From the NCBI RefSeq assembly GCF_000023965.1, contig NC_013202.1:450001-482000 (forward strand): 32,000 nt of DNA. The letters are read 5' to 3'. The notes under the pieces were generated by a model. It was not told the DNA's origin. It ran no database searches and saw only the letters and a program-made list of their open reading frames with translations. The DNA comes from Halomicrobium mukohataei DSM 12286 (GTDB lineage: Archaea; Halobacteriota; Halobacteria; Halobacteriales; Haloarculaceae). Each line of letters begins with the position of its first letter. Positions within the stretch are counted from its first letter, which is position 1. This document shows positions 22,332 to 31,883 of the stretch, one piece after another. The position numbers were made by a program, and so were the translations under genes.

Positions 22332-24187
22332 CCGACGGCGGGCTGTCCAGAGCGGTCGCGACGGCGCTGTCGGAGCTGCGGTTCGACTACGCCCCGTCGC
22401 TGCAGACCCAGCACCTCCTGCTGTTTGCCACGATGGCCCTCGTCACCGTCGGTCTGGCCTACTGGATCACGCGAACCCGACAGACGAGGGGGGCCAAGCT
22501 ATTCGGGCTCACCCTCGTCGTGCTCGGGGCCCGGCTGGCCTCGGACGTCGTCCACGGGCTCGTCGGCGAGCTCTGGCCGCTCCTGGAGGTGCTGGTCGCG
22601 CTGAACCCGCTCCTCGAACTGGGGGTGCTGGTGCTGTTCGTGCGCTTTGCCGGCCGCTACGCCGGTGTCGAGCGAGTGGGGTCCGACCGGGCGCGTCGTG
22701 CGATGGGCGGCCTCGTCGTCGTGGCGGCGATCGCGATCGCGACCAACCCGGTCCACGGACTGGTGTTCGACGCCGTCCGGCGGGTGTCGATCCCGTTCAC
22801 CCACGTCGTCGTCGAGCGCGGCGTCCTCGGATTCGGCCTGCTGGGGGTGAACGTCGTCCTGTTGCTCGCCGCCGCCGGCCTGCTCGCGCACGCGGTGACG
22901 ACGGGGTTCCGGCCGGCGTGGTGGCCGGCGATCGTCCTCTCGATCGCGGTCTCGGTCGCGCTCGTGGTGATCGCCCTCCAGCTTCGCGTCGGCGGAGTGG
23001 TCCCCCAGTACGACTACACGGCGATCGGGTACGCCGGGTTCTTCTTCCTGACGACGCTGGCGCTGGTCGAGCACGGCCTGCGCCGCATCGAGGTCGTCGC
23101 ACGCGAGGAGATCCTCGACGACATCGACGACGCCGTCGTCCTGCTGGACACCGACGGCACCGTCGTCACGACGAACGCCGCCGCCGAGGGACTGTTCGGG
23201 ACGCTCGACGGAGCGGAGGGGTTCCTGGATCGGTTCGACGAACTCGGGAGCGAACAGCTGGACGGCGACCGAGAACGGACCGCGATCACGATCGATCCCC
23301 AGACGACCGAGTGGGACACGCTCCGGAACACGACCGAGACCGCACAGCGGGGACCACGGCACTTCCTCGTCTACACCGAGTACGTCACCACGCGGACGAC
23401 GCGGGTCATCGGCCACGTCGTCCGGTTCGTCGAGACGACGGAACTCGAACGCCGCTCGCGGGAGCTCGAACGCAAGAACGACCAGCTCGACCAGTTCGCC
23501 AGCACCGTCTCTCACGACCTTCGGAACCCACTGAACGTCGCGACGGGGTACCTCCAGATGGCGACCGAGGGCGTCGATCCCGACGACGACGCGGCCTTCG
23601 ACGTCGCGGCGGCGCTGACCTACCTCGACAAGGTCGAGGTGTCTCTCGACCGGATGGCGACGATCATCGACGACATTCTGGCGCTGATCGACAACACCGA
23701 CCCGGTGACCGACACCGAGGCCGTCGACTTCGAGTCGGTCGTCTCGGCCGCCTGGTCGACCGTCGACACCCGGTCGGCGACGCTCGAACTGACCGGCGAG
23801 GGCACTGTCGATGCCGACGAGACGCGACTCCAGCGCCTGCTGGAGAACCTGTTTCGCAACGCCATCGACCACGTCGGCGACAACGTGACCATCGAGGTGG
23901 GGCTGACCGGCGAGGGGTTCTACGTGGCCGACGACGGCCCCGGCATCCCCGAGGACGAACGCGAGCGGATCTTCGAACACGGCTACACGACCGGCGACGG
24001 GGGGACCGGGCTGGGCCTGTCGATCGTCCAGCAACTCGCCGAGGCCCACGGCTGGACGGTCTCGCTCGATCCCGACGCCGACGGCGCGGCGTTCGTCGTC
24101 GAGGGCTGTGCGACGACACGCCGTCCGGCACAGACGACGGAGTCGACCGAGCCCGAGCGGCGACACCGTTCCCGACGAGAGCGGTGA
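22328..24187 (+). CDS. Membrane sensor histidine kinase (7TM, PAS, HisKA, HATPase_c)
   Basis: 619-aa ORF with an ATGA overlap with the upstream kinase gene. It has a multi-TM N-terminus with the same QTQH motif as its neighbour. The canonical H-box is QLDQFASTVSHDLRNPL. The N box (RNAIDHV), G1 (DDGPGIP) and G2 (GTGLGLSIV) are present. Confidence 0.9.
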   Translation: MTDGGLSRAVATALSELRFDYAPSLQTQHLLLFATMALVTVGLAYWITRTRQTRGAKLFGLTLVVLGARLASDVVHGLVGELWPLLEVLVALNPLLELGVLVLFVRFAGRYAGVERVGSDRARRAMGGLVVVAAIAIATNPVHGLVFDAVRRVSIPFTHVVVERGVLGFGLLGVNVVLLLAAAGLLAHAVTTGFRPAWWPAIVLSIAVSVALVVIALQLRVGGVVPQYDYTAIGYAGFFFLTTLALVEHGLRRIEVVAREEILDDIDDAVVLLDTDGTVVTTNAAAEGLFGTLDGAEGFLDRFDELGSEQLDGDRERTAITIDPQTTEWDTLRNTTETAQRGPRHFLVYTEYVTTRTTRVIGHVVRFVETTELERRSRELERKNDQLDQFASTVSHDLRNPLNVATGYLQMATEGVDPDDDAAFDVAAALTYLDKVEVSLDRMATIIDDILALIDNTDPVTDTEAVDFESVVSAAWSTVDTRSATLELTGEGTVDADETRLQRLLENLFRNAIDHVGDNVTIEVGLTGEGFYVADDGPGIPEDERERIFEHGYTTGDGGTGLGLSIVQQLAEAHGWTVSLDPDADGAAFVVEGCATTRRPAQTTESTEPERRHRSRRER

Positions 24188-24237
24188 TCGATACCGGTGT
24201 CGACAGCCTTTTTTCCCCGGCGCAATGATTGCTGTGC

Positions 24238-24594
24238 ATGACAGAGCTGCAGTTTATTACCTTCGCTTGTGACGCGCCGGAGCGACTGGCGACGTTCTGG
24301 GAAGCCGCGCTCGACGGTGAACGCCGCGACACCGAGGTCCCCGAGACGGCACTCGTCGACCGCCCCGGCGACGGCCCGGATCTCCTCTTCAAGCGACTGC
24401 AGGCCGGCACGAAGTGGCGGATGGCGATCCACCTCGATCTGTCGGTCGAAGACAGAGCCCAGAGCGTCGAGCGACTCCGCGAACTCGGGGCGACCGTCCG
24501 CGAGACGAAGACGGAACACCACGACGGGACGACCGCCGAGTGGACGGTGCTGGAAGATCCCGAAGGCAACGCCTTCTGCGTGTCCGAGTACTGA
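24238..24594 (+). CDS. VOC / glyoxalase-bleomycin-resistance family protein
   Basis: 118 aa from the ATG at 24238 (MTELQFITFACDAPERLATFWEAAL...HLDLSVED...LEDPEGNAFCV). This is a typical VOC beta-alpha-beta-beta-beta pattern. The track uses a TTG at 24229. Confidence 0.7.
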   Translation: MTELQFITFACDAPERLATFWEAALDGERRDTEVPETALVDRPGDGPDLLFKRLQAGTKWRMAIHLDLSVEDRAQSVERLRELGATVRETKTEHHDGTTAEWTVLEDPEGNAFCVSEY

Positions 24595-24620
24595 TCAAAG
24601 AGTCAGCAAGCAGCAAGCAT

Positions 24621-24828
24621 ACCGCGGCCGAAGGCCGCGGTTTCACGCGAATCGCTGCGGCGATTCGCGCTTTTTTCGCCACCGGGAGAGCAAGCTCTCC
24701 CGAGCCTTGTCGCTCGAAAGTCTCCGATTTTCGTGATGACGAGAGACGCTACAGCGTCTCTCGAACCACCTCGCCACGCTCGGCAAGACCACGTTTTTGC
24801 CGCGAGCGGTTCGCGCAGAGCGCGAACC
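24621..24828. repeat. Array of five consecutive perfect hairpins in the convergent intergenic region
   Basis: The hairpins are ACCGCGGCC-GAA-GGCCGCGGT (24621-24641), CGCGAATCGC-TGCG-GCGATTCGCG (24646-24669), CGGGAGAGC-AA-GCTCTCCCG (24683-24702), CGAGAGACGC-TACA-GCGTCTCTCG (24740-24763) and GGTTCGCGC-AGA-GCGCGAACC (24808-24828). Confidence 0.85.
24646..24676 (+). terminator. Candidate terminator for the VOC gene (hairpin plus T6)
   Basis: A 10-bp stem at 24646-24669 is followed by TTTTTT at 24671-24676. Confidence 0.5.
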
Positions 24829-24841
24829 CGAGCGGGAAAAA
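24808..24841 (-). terminator. Candidate terminator for fusA (T5 tract, then hairpin)
   Basis: On the minus strand, TTTTT (24841..24837) lies 10 nt after the fusA stop. It is followed by the 9-bp hairpin at 24828..24808. Confidence 0.45.
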
Positions 24842-24850
24842 GGTGGTAGC

Positions 24851-27040
24851 TTAGAAGTAGTCGATCGTCTCGGGCAGTTCGAGCTTCATGCCCTTCCGCG
24901 TGCGGATCTCGTCGATCTTGTCCGGCTGGAGGTTGTCGGCCATGACCTGGAAGCCGGCGTTCTCGGTGTTCCAGGAGGCGCGGCCCTCGGTGGCCGAGCG
25001 GATGTCCGACGAGAAGCCGATCATCTCGTCGACTGGCGCGACGCCCTCGACGACCATCAGGTCGCCTTCCTGGTACATGTCGTCGACGCGGCCACGACGG
25101 CCCTGAATCTCGCCGGAGGCCGCGCCCATGTGCGCGTTGGGCACGTCGATGCGGACGTTCTGGATCGGCTCCAGCAGACGGATCTCGGCGTCGATCAGCG
25201 AGTTGTGGACGGCCTCGCGCATGGCCGGGATGACCTGTGCGGGACCGCGGTGGATGGCGTCCTCGTGGAGGCGAGCGTCGTGGAGGCGGATGAGCGACCC
25301 CTGGACCGGCTCGGCGGCCAGCGGCCCGTCGTTGAGCGCCTCTTCGAGGCCCTCGATCAGCAGCTCCATCGTCTCGTTGAGGTGCTGAATCCCCTTCGTG
25401 TCGTCGATGAAGACGTTCGTCCCGTGGATGTGCTCGACGTTCTGTGACGTCTCTTTCTCCATGCCGGCTTCCTGCAGCGCTTCACGGCGCTCCAGTTCGG
25501 GCATGTCCATGGAGGCGTCGCCGAGCTTGATGGCGTCGACGATGTCCTGTTCGAGGGGTTCGACGCTGATGTAGAAGCGGTTGTGGCGGTTCGGCGAGAT
25601 GCCCTCGACCTCGCGGGAGGGCTGCTGGGGTGCCTCGCGGTAGACGACGATCGGTTCGCCGGTGTTGACCGGGATGCCCTGGTTGCGCTCGATCCGCTGG
25701 GTCTGGACTTCGAGGTGGAGTTCGCCCTGTCCCGAGATGAGGTGCTCGCCGGTGTCCTCGTTGATCTCGATCTGGATCGTCGGGTCCTCCTTGGAGACCT
25801 GTCGGAGCGTCTCGATGAGCTTGGGCAGGTCGTCCATGTTCTTGGCCTCGATGGACTTCGTGATGACCGGCTCGGAGATGTGGTCGATGGACTCGAAGGG
25901 AGTCATCTCGACGCTGGAGACGGTCGAACCGGCGATGGCGTCCTTGAGGCCGGTGACGGCGGCGATGTTGCCCGCGGGGACTTCTTCGACTTCCTCGCGC
26001 TCGCCGCCCATGTAGATCCCGACGCTCTGGACGCGGTTCTTGCCCGCGGTCCCGGAGACGTACAGCTCCTGGCCCTTCTCCAGGGTGCCGGAGAAGACAC
26101 GACCGGCAGCGATCTCGCCCGCGTGGGGGTCGACGCCGATGTCGGTGACCATCAGGACGACCTCGCCGTCCTCGTCGACGAACTGCATGCTCTCTGCGAC
26201 CTCGCTTTCGTCGTCGCCACGCCAGATGCGCGGGATACGACGGGGCTGGGCGTCGATGGGGTTCGGGAAGTGCTCACAGACCATGTCCAGGACCACGTCG
26301 GCAAGCGGCGTCCGCTCGTGGAGTTCCTGGCGCTTGTCCGACCGCTCCAGGTCCATGATGTCCCCGAAGTCCATGCCGGTGCGCTGCATCGAGGGCATCG
26401 AGACGCCCCACTTGTACAGCGCCGAGCCGAACCCGACGGTCCCCTCCTCGACGGAGACCGTCCAGTCCTCGTCGATGTCGTCCATCTCCTCGGTCATGCC
26501 CCGGATGAGCTCGTTCACGTCGGCGATGACACTCATCAGGCGCTTTTGCATCTCCTCGGGTCCCTCCTGCAGCTCGGAGATGAGTCGGTCGACCTTGTTG
26601 ATGAACAGCGTCGGCTTGACCCCCTCTCGGAGCGCCTGTCGGAGGACGGTCTCGGTCTGGGGCATCGCGCCCTCGACCGCGTCGACCACCACGAGCGCGC
26701 CGTCGACGGCGCGCATCGCTCGGGTCACGTCGCCACCGAAGTCGACGTGGCCCGGCGTGTCGATGAGGTTGATGAGGTGGTTGGTGTCCTCGTACTCGTG
26801 GGTCATCGAGACGTTCGCCGCGTCGATGGTGATCCCACGCTCTTGCTCGTCCTCTTCGGTGTCCATCGCGAGCTGCTCGCCCGCGGTGTCGTCCGAGATC
26901 ATCCCGGCACCGGCCAGCAGATTGTCCGTCAACGTCGTCTTCCCGTGGTCGACGTGTGCCGCGATAGCGATGTTCCGGATCTGCTCCGGCGTGTTCATCA
27001 GTGTCTCGCACTCCTGTACAATTTTCTTACGTCGGCCCAT
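24851..27040 (-). CDS. fusA: Translation elongation factor aEF-2
   Basis: 729 aa from the ATG at 27040 ([42 protein letters not shown]...). Motifs DTPGHVDF and NKVDR are present, with the full EF-2 domain layout. The track ORF starts 20 codons further upstream. Confidence 0.96.
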   Translation of the reverse strand: MGRRKKIVQECETLMNTPEQIRNIAIAAHVDHGKTTLTDNLLAGAGMISDDTAGEQLAMDTEEDEQERGITIDAANVSMTHEYEDTNHLINLIDTPGHVDFGGDVTRAMRAVDGALVVVDAVEGAMPQTETVLRQALREGVKPTLFINKVDRLISELQEGPEEMQKRLMSVIADVNELIRGMTEEMDDIDEDWTVSVEEGTVGFGSALYKWGVSMPSMQRTGMDFGDIMDLERSDKRQELHERTPLADVVLDMVCEHFPNPIDAQPRRIPRIWRGDDESEVAESMQFVDEDGEVVLMVTDIGVDPHAGEIAAGRVFSGTLEKGQELYVSGTAGKNRVQSVGIYMGGEREEVEEVPAGNIAAVTGLKDAIAGSTVSSVEMTPFESIDHISEPVITKSIEAKNMDDLPKLIETLRQVSKEDPTIQIEINEDTGEHLISGQGELHLEVQTQRIERNQGIPVNTGEPIVVYREAPQQPSREVEGISPNRHNRFYISVEPLEQDIVDAIKLGDASMDMPELERREALQEAGMEKETSQNVEHIHGTNVFIDDTKGIQHLNETMELLIEGLEEALNDGPLAAEPVQGSLIRLHDARLHEDAIHRGPAQVIPAMREAVHNSLIDAEIRLLEPIQNVRIDVPNAHMGAASGEIQGRRGRVDDMYQEGDLMVVEGVAPVDEMIGFSSDIRSATEGRASWNTENAGFQVMADNLQPDKIDEIRTRKGMKLELPETIDYF

Positions 27041-27285
27041 TATACGGCATAGTATCAACAGCACCGTCAAAAGAGTGCTGTTTCGGTCTGAGTGCGTCAA
27101 TTCGGAGCACGAAGATCGAAGCCCACCAGCGAGACTGCGACGACGAGACCGAGACGGTGTGTTCCGCCGTCGAAGAGCTGCGGTCGAGAACCGACATGCG
27201 CCGGGCGTCGACCCGCGCTGGCGGCGATCGACGAGTTCGGACGGCCGACAGCCTCATACGCCGAGAGTCCGTGTTAGGAGTACAC

Positions 27286-28038
27286 ATGGACGTGCACGTT
27301 CGGGGTGGTCCAGCCGCGCCGTTTCTCAGTGCCGCCGACCTGTTCGCCACCGAGTACGAGATCGACGGCGACGTGACGGTCCGCGTCTGCGAGGATCCGG
27401 ACGAACGGACCCGCGTGAGCCACGACGAGGAGAGCCACTGTCTGACGATCTCACGGCAGGCGGCGACGAGCGCGATGGCACGCGAGCTGGCGCTGCACGA
27501 ATTCGCGCACATGCACCGCTACGAAGAAGCCCACCCCTCACACACCCAATCGACGCGAGAGGCGATTTACCTGGCACTGGCGGGCCAGAGCGTCGAGCGA
27601 CGCACACTCTCGCACTGCTACCAGATCGCCAACCACATGAAAGACATCTACGCCGACGACGTGTGGCTCGACGTGGTGCCGGCGGACAAGCTCGTCGCCT
27701 TCCTCGAATCGAGTCTCGCGGCCGCCGTCGCGGACACCCCGCGAGATCGGGGAGCCTGGGACCGACTGACCCCCGCGACCGACCCCGACATCAACGCCGT
27801 CAACGCCGCCTTCGCGCTGGCGCTGGTCGAGCGCCACGACCTCGTCGGCCCGGACCATCCGATCTACGATCTCGCTCACGCCGCCGCCGAGGACGCCCCA
27901 CACGTCAGTTTCGAGGGGTTCAAACGGCGGTTCCGCACGCTGGCTCGCGACACCGACGAGAGCGAGTACCGCAAGGCGCTGGTCGACGTGACCCGAGCCT
28001 ACGCGGTCGCGAGCAACGGCGACAGCGCCGCCGACTGA
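27286..28038 (+). CDS. Hypothetical protein with an HExxH motif (possible zinc metallopeptidase-like)
   Basis: 250 aa from the ATG at 27286, preceded by GGAG (MDVHVRGGPAAPF...). It contains ELALHEFAHMH. The Arg-rich N-terminal extension in the track overlaps the fusA start region. The 3' end overlaps the convergent ecfT gene by 40 nt. Confidence 0.6.
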   Translation: MDVHVRGGPAAPFLSAADLFATEYEIDGDVTVRVCEDPDERTRVSHDEESHCLTISRQAATSAMARELALHEFAHMHRYEEAHPSHTQSTREAIYLALAGQSVERRTLSHCYQIANHMKDIYADDVWLDVVPADKLVAFLESSLAAAVADTPRDRGAWDRLTPATDPDINAVNAAFALALVERHDLVGPDHPIYDLAHAAAEDAPHVSFEGFKRRFRTLARDTDESEYRKALVDVTRAYAVASNGDSAAD

Positions 28039-28739
28039 GCGAGCGGCGACAGCGCCAACACGACACCGATCCCGGCGACCGGATAGTCCATCCGACCGAA
28101 CGTCAGCGCCGGTAGCGTCGGGTTCCAGGCGAAACAGCGGGCCCGCAACGCGACTGCCAGCCGGTCGGAGCGAGCCATCGCCCGATCGATCCCCTGGACC
28201 GCGAGTCGTCGTGCCCGGTCCGTCACCGGCCGGTTTGCCCCGCCGCGGGCCACCATCGCCGTCCGGATCCGCCGGAGATCGGACACGACGAGCGGGAAGA
28301 ACCTGACGACCAGCCCCGTGCCGACGCCGAGCAACTGGCCCGCTCGTCCCGGGACGAGACGCTCGATCGCCGCCCGCGTTCCGCGCACGGGCGTCGTGTG
28401 AACGTAGACGGCACTGACGGCCAGCACTGGCGGGACTCTGGCGACGGCCCGAAGCGAGGTCAGGGCCGGTTCGACCCGAAACCACGGCGGTCCGACCGCG
28501 ATGCCGGCGATCACCGGCCCCAGCGCGAGCACGAGGAAGACGACCCAGTAGGCCCGGACGACCCGCCGGGGATCGAGTCGACCGGCGAGCAGTGCGAGCG
28601 CGGCCAGCGCGTAGACGCCAGCCAGCCAGGAGAGAGCCGTGTCCGCGAAGGCGGCGATGGCGAACCCGGCCTGAAAACACAGCTTCGACCGCGGATCGAG
28701 CCGGTGGGCGAACGTCTCGCCGGGTCGGTAGCTCAGCAT
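27999..28739 (-). CDS. ecfT: ECF transporter transmembrane (T) component, CbiQ/EcfT family
   Basis: 246-aa polytopic membrane ORF (RLDPRSKL... and ARG...R motifs) immediately downstream of the ECF ATPase gene. Confidence 0.8.
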   Translation of the reverse strand: MLSYRPGETFAHRLDPRSKLCFQAGFAIAAFADTALSWLAGVYALAALALLAGRLDPRRVVRAYWVVFLVLALGPVIAGIAVGPPWFRVEPALTSLRAVARVPPVLAVSAVYVHTTPVRGTRAAIERLVPGRAGQLLGVGTGLVVRFFPLVVSDLRRIRTAMVARGGANRPVTDRARRLAVQGIDRAMARSDRLAVALRARCFAWNPTLPALTFGRMDYPVAGIGVVLALSPLAQSAALSPLLATA

Positions 28740-29437
28740 CGCGGATCACGGACGCCGAGTCCATCCAGTTCGTCGAGCACCGCCGAGGGCGGCCCGTCGA
28801 GTGCGATCTCGCCGTCGACCAGGGCCACGATGCGGTCCGCTATGTCGGTCAGGTCCCGCAGATCGTGCGTGACGACGACGACGCTGGTCCCGCTGTCGGA
28901 AAGCGTTTCGAGATGTTCGAGGACCGAGCGACGCGCCGCCAGATCGAGGCCCGTCAGCGGCTCGTCGAGCACGAGGTGAGCGGGTTCCATCGCGAGCGCC
29001 CCGGCGATGGCCACTCGGGCCTGCTGCCCGCCGGAGAGGTCGGCGATCCGCCGCTGGCGCTCGCCGGTGAGTCCCACCGCGGCGAGCGCGCGATCGACGC
29101 GGTCGTCGATCTCCGACCGTTCGAGGCCGAGGTTCTCCGGTCCGAAGGCCACGTCCGCGCCGACGGTGGCGGCGACGAACTGGTCGCGGGGGTGCTGGAA
29201 CACCATGCCGACGCTCGTCCGGGCTGTGACTGGATCGTCGTGTGCGTCGCGGCCGTCGACCTCGACGGTCCCCTCGTCGGGCGTTAACAGGGCGTTGAAC
29301 TGCCGGACGAGCGTCGTCTTGCCGGAGCCGTTGGGACCCACGAGCAAGACGCTCTCGCCGTCGGCGATCGTCAGGTCGACGCCGTCGAGGACGACCACGT
29401 CACCCCGACGAGCGGTCAGGCCCCTGACGGCGATCAT
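28733..29437 (-). CDS. ecfA: ECF/ABC transporter ATP-binding protein (CbiO/EcfA family)
   Basis: 234 aa. Walker A is GPNGSGKTT, the ABC signature is LSGGQQ and Walker B is LVLDEP. It has an ATGA overlap with bioY. Confidence 0.92.
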   Translation of the reverse strand: MIAVRGLTARRGDVVVLDGVDLTIADGESVLLVGPNGSGKTTLVRQFNALLTPDEGTVEVDGRDAHDDPVTARTSVGMVFQHPRDQFVAATVGADVAFGPENLGLERSEIDDRVDRALAAVGLTGERQRRIADLSGGQQARVAIAGALAMEPAHLVLDEPLTGLDLAARRSVLEHLETLSDSGTSVVVVTHDLRDLTDIADRIVALVDGEIALDGPPSAVLDELDGLGVRDPRC

Positions 29438-30018
29438 TCACGGACGAGGTAGCCACCGCGCACGATCGCGATCGCGACGGCGACCTTCAGGAGGTCGAAG
29501 GGAGCGTACGGTGCCATGGTCGCGGCGGCTCGTTGCACCGACAGTCCGAGCGCCCAGGACATCCAGGGGACGCCGACGGCGTAGATGACGACGACCGCGG
29601 CCACCAACGCGAGGACCTGTGTCGCCACGCCGATCGTCTCCAGGGACCGGGGCGTGATCTGCCGGTGAGCGATCCCACCGGCGACGACGGCCCCGAGCAG
29701 GAACCCCACGAGGAAGCCACCGGTCCCCTGCCCGACGAGGACGTAGCCAAGTCCCGCGTTCGCGTTCGAGAAGACGGGAGCGCCCGCGATACCGACGAGG
29801 GTGTACAGCGCGAGTGCCAGCCCGCCCCACAGCGGTCCCAGCAAGAGCCCGGCGAAGAAGGCCCCGAAGGGCTGGAGCGAGAAGGGCGGCAACGATCCCG
29901 GCAGCGGGATCGACACCTGTGCTAACGCCGCCGTCAGTGCCGCCAACAGTACCGCCGTCGCGAAGTGCTCGACCGTCTCGTCGCCGACGAGGGCGACAGA
30001 ATCGTGTTGCTGTGCCAT
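29434..30018 (-). CDS. bioY: Biotin transporter substrate-binding (S) component BioY
   Basis: 194-aa membrane ORF with the BioY-like pattern (QVSIPLPGSLPPFSLQPFGAFFAGLLLGP...GAPVFS...GFLVGF). It is the first gene of the bioY-ecfA-ecfT operon. Confidence 0.8.
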   Translation of the reverse strand: MAQQHDSVALVGDETVEHFATAVLLAALTAALAQVSIPLPGSLPPFSLQPFGAFFAGLLLGPLWGGLALALYTLVGIAGAPVFSNANAGLGYVLVGQGTGGFLVGFLLGAVVAGGIAHRQITPRSLETIGVATQVLALVAAVVVIYAVGVPWMSWALGLSVQRAAATMAPYAPFDLLKVAVAIAIVRGGYLVRE

Positions 30019-30042
30019 ATCGTGCCCTGCTACGTCAACGGA

Positions 30043-30050
30043 GATATACT
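30043..30050 (-). promoter_or_regulatory. Candidate TATA box for the bioY operon
   Basis: The minus strand reads AGTATATC, centred about 28 nt upstream of the bioY ATG (30018). Confidence 0.35.
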
Positions 30051-30169
30051 CCGTGGTTTACGACGCCGTCGCGACGGTGATCGCCAGTGCTGGCAGCCGT
30101 CCGTGACGAGCGTCCCGGCCCCTGCAACGTACACAGCCACGGCTGGCAGTGTAACGGGGCGTGTCAGAG

Positions 30170-30183
30170 AAAACTGCGCGCAG
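30170..30183 (-). terminator. Candidate terminator after rps7
   Basis: The palindrome CTGCGCGCAG (30174-30183) is followed on the minus strand by TTTT (30173..30170). It lies just after the rps7 stop at 30190. Confidence 0.4.
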
Positions 30184-30189
30184 AGAGGA

Positions 30190-30804
30190 TTACCGGGCTG
30201 CGGCCGCGACGCGTTCCTTCTCTTCTTTCTGGTTGACCGCGTACGTCTGGACGTCGTTGTTGGCCGCGCCGATGAGCTGCTGGGCCAGCGCGTCCTCGGC
30301 GTCCGTCGTCGTCTTGAACGAGTCGCCGTAGACGCCTTCGGCGAGGAACTTCAGTGCCTGGTCGACGCGGCGCTGGGGCGCGACGTCGACGGCCTTCGGG
30401 ACGGAGATGCCACCGTACTTCAGGCGGACGGTCTCCTCGCGCGGAGCGCTGTTCTCGACGGCCTCGACGAGCACCTGCACCGGGTTCTCCTCGGTGCGCT
30501 CGTGGATCGTCTCGAAGGCGTCCTTGACGATGGTGGTCGCCAGCTGCTTTTTGCCCGTGTTCTCGTCGGTCTGCATCAGGCGGTTGATGAGCCGCTCGAC
30601 GATGCTGATCTCCGACTTCTTGAACTGCTTTTCGGAGTGGCGGCCCATCGTGTGGGCGATCGGCGTCACCGTCACGTAGCGCTCGGTCGAGGGGTCCGAG
30701 AACTCGATCTCGGTCACGTCCCACTCGCCGAACAGCTGTGCGGGGGCGGCCTCGTCGTCGGTGCCGGCAGGTGCGTCCGGCTCGGGAGCGTCGTCTGCCG
30801 ACAT
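30190..30804 (-). CDS. rps7: 30S ribosomal protein S7 (uS7)
   Basis: 204 aa from the ATG at 30804 (MSADDAPEPD...LFGEWDVTEIEFSDPSTERYV...RLINRLM...KKQLATTIVKDAFE...). It starts 2 nt after the rps12 stop. The track's N-terminal extension is off-target. Confidence 0.93.
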   Translation of the reverse strand: MSADDAPEPDAPAGTDDEAAPAQLFGEWDVTEIEFSDPSTERYVTVTPIAHTMGRHSEKQFKKSEISIVERLINRLMQTDENTGKKQLATTIVKDAFETIHERTEENPVQVLVEAVENSAPREETVRLKYGGISVPKAVDVAPQRRVDQALKFLAEGVYGDSFKTTTDAEDALAQQLIGAANNDVQTYAVNQKEEKERVAAAAR

Positions 30805-30805
30805 G

Positions 30806-31234
30806 TTATCGCACCGGCTTCTCCGCGTTACCGCGAACCAGTTCGATGAGCGAGACGCCGTTGACCTTCTCGACCTTGTAGTTGACTCCGGAGATGTCAC
30901 CCATGGCACGACCCTTCGCGCCACCGATGCCGGCGATCGTCACTTCGTCGTGTTCGTCGATGAAGGAGATCGCACCGTCGCCGGGACAGAACGCCGAGAC
31001 CTGCTTGCCGTTCTTGATCAGCTGGACCCGGACACACTTCCGGATCGCGGAGTTGGGCTGTTTCGCTTCGATACCGATCTTCTCGAGCACGATCCCTCGA
31101 CCCTGGGGCGCACCTTCGAGCGGGTCGGACTTCTGGCCCAGCCCGCGCTCGCGGCGCGCGTAGTCAGAGTCGGACCACCGGTGGTTCTGGCGGTCCTTCT
31201 TGAGTTTGCGTGCGGCGTATTTGCCGTTCGCCAT
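30806..31234 (-). CDS. rps12: 30S ribosomal protein S12 (uS12)
   Basis: 142-aa ORF: [32 protein letters not shown]...[31 protein letters not shown]... Confidence 0.96.
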   Translation of the reverse strand: MANGKYAARKLKKDRQNHRWSDSDYARRERGLGQKSDPLEGAPQGRGIVLEKIGIEAKQPNSAIRKCVRVQLIKNGKQVSAFCPGDGAISFIDEHDEVTIAGIGGAKGRAMGDISGVNYKVEKVNGVSLIELVRGNAEKPVR

Positions 31235-31457
31235 ATAGGCTTGCGTATCCCTCGGAGCTACTTAAGACTCCTCTTTCGTCGGCGCGAAACGGACGGAGAA
31301 CGGGTGGTAGCGACTCGCACGCGGGCGGTGAAAGAGACGACGCGAGCGGTCGGCTGTCGCGGCTTCTCTAGGTGTCTGACGGTGCCAGCCGACAGCGTCG
31401 CCAGAAAACGTCCACGCCCGTGAGACGCGCGTCGTCACCGGCCGAGGCGGATTGGGT

Positions 31458-31883
31458 CTACGTCAGCTCGATACCGTCCACGTCGAAGTGGCGTTTCGCG
31501 AGCCGGCGGGCGGCATCGATGTTCTTCCCGTCGGCACCGATCGCGACGCCGCGGTCCTCCTGTGCGACCTCGACGTAGGCGATGGTGTCGTCGTTCTCCG
31601 AGATCGTCACGTTGTACACCGCGGCCGGTGCGAGCGTGTTCGCGACGAAGTTCGCAGCCGTGTCGGCGTCCTCGATCAGCTTGACCGCGCGGTCGAGTTT
31701 CGACTCGATGCGGTCGACGACGACGCCGCCGGGACCGATCGCGTCGGCCATCTCGCCGGCCTTGACGACGTAGATTACGCGGTCGTTGTCGTCGTCGATC
31801 AGGCAGTCCCGGACAGTCACGTCTGCCTCGGTCTCGAACAGCGCGATCAGCCGGCGCGCTTCGTCCGAGAGTTCGACGGGCAT
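31458..31883 (-). CDS. nusA: Archaeal NusA-like transcription termination/antitermination protein (two KH domains)
   Basis: 141-aa ORF with two KH GxxG motifs (IGPGGVVV and IGADGKNI). It sits in the conserved position between rpoA'' and rps12. Confidence 0.9.
   Translation of the reverse strand: MPVELSDEARRLIALFETEADVTVRDCLIDDDNDRVIYVVKAGEMADAIGPGGVVVDRIESKLDRAVKLIEDADTAANFVANTLAPAAVYNVTISENDDTIAYVEVAQEDRGVAIGADGKNIDAARRLAKRHFDVDGIELT

Noticed and set aside
22288-24228. 646-aa plus-strand ORF and 555-aa minus-strand ORF (22499..24166) overlapping the second kinase
   Set aside because: Both are Arg-rich shadow frames. The 22328..24187 frame carries complete H, N, G1 and G2 boxes.
26040-28115. 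691-aa plus-strand ORF, and the 489-aa ORF at 25583..27052, antisense to fusA
   Set aside because: These are low-complexity Ser/Arg-rich or Asp/Val/Leu-rich translations. fusA on the opposite strand is unambiguous.
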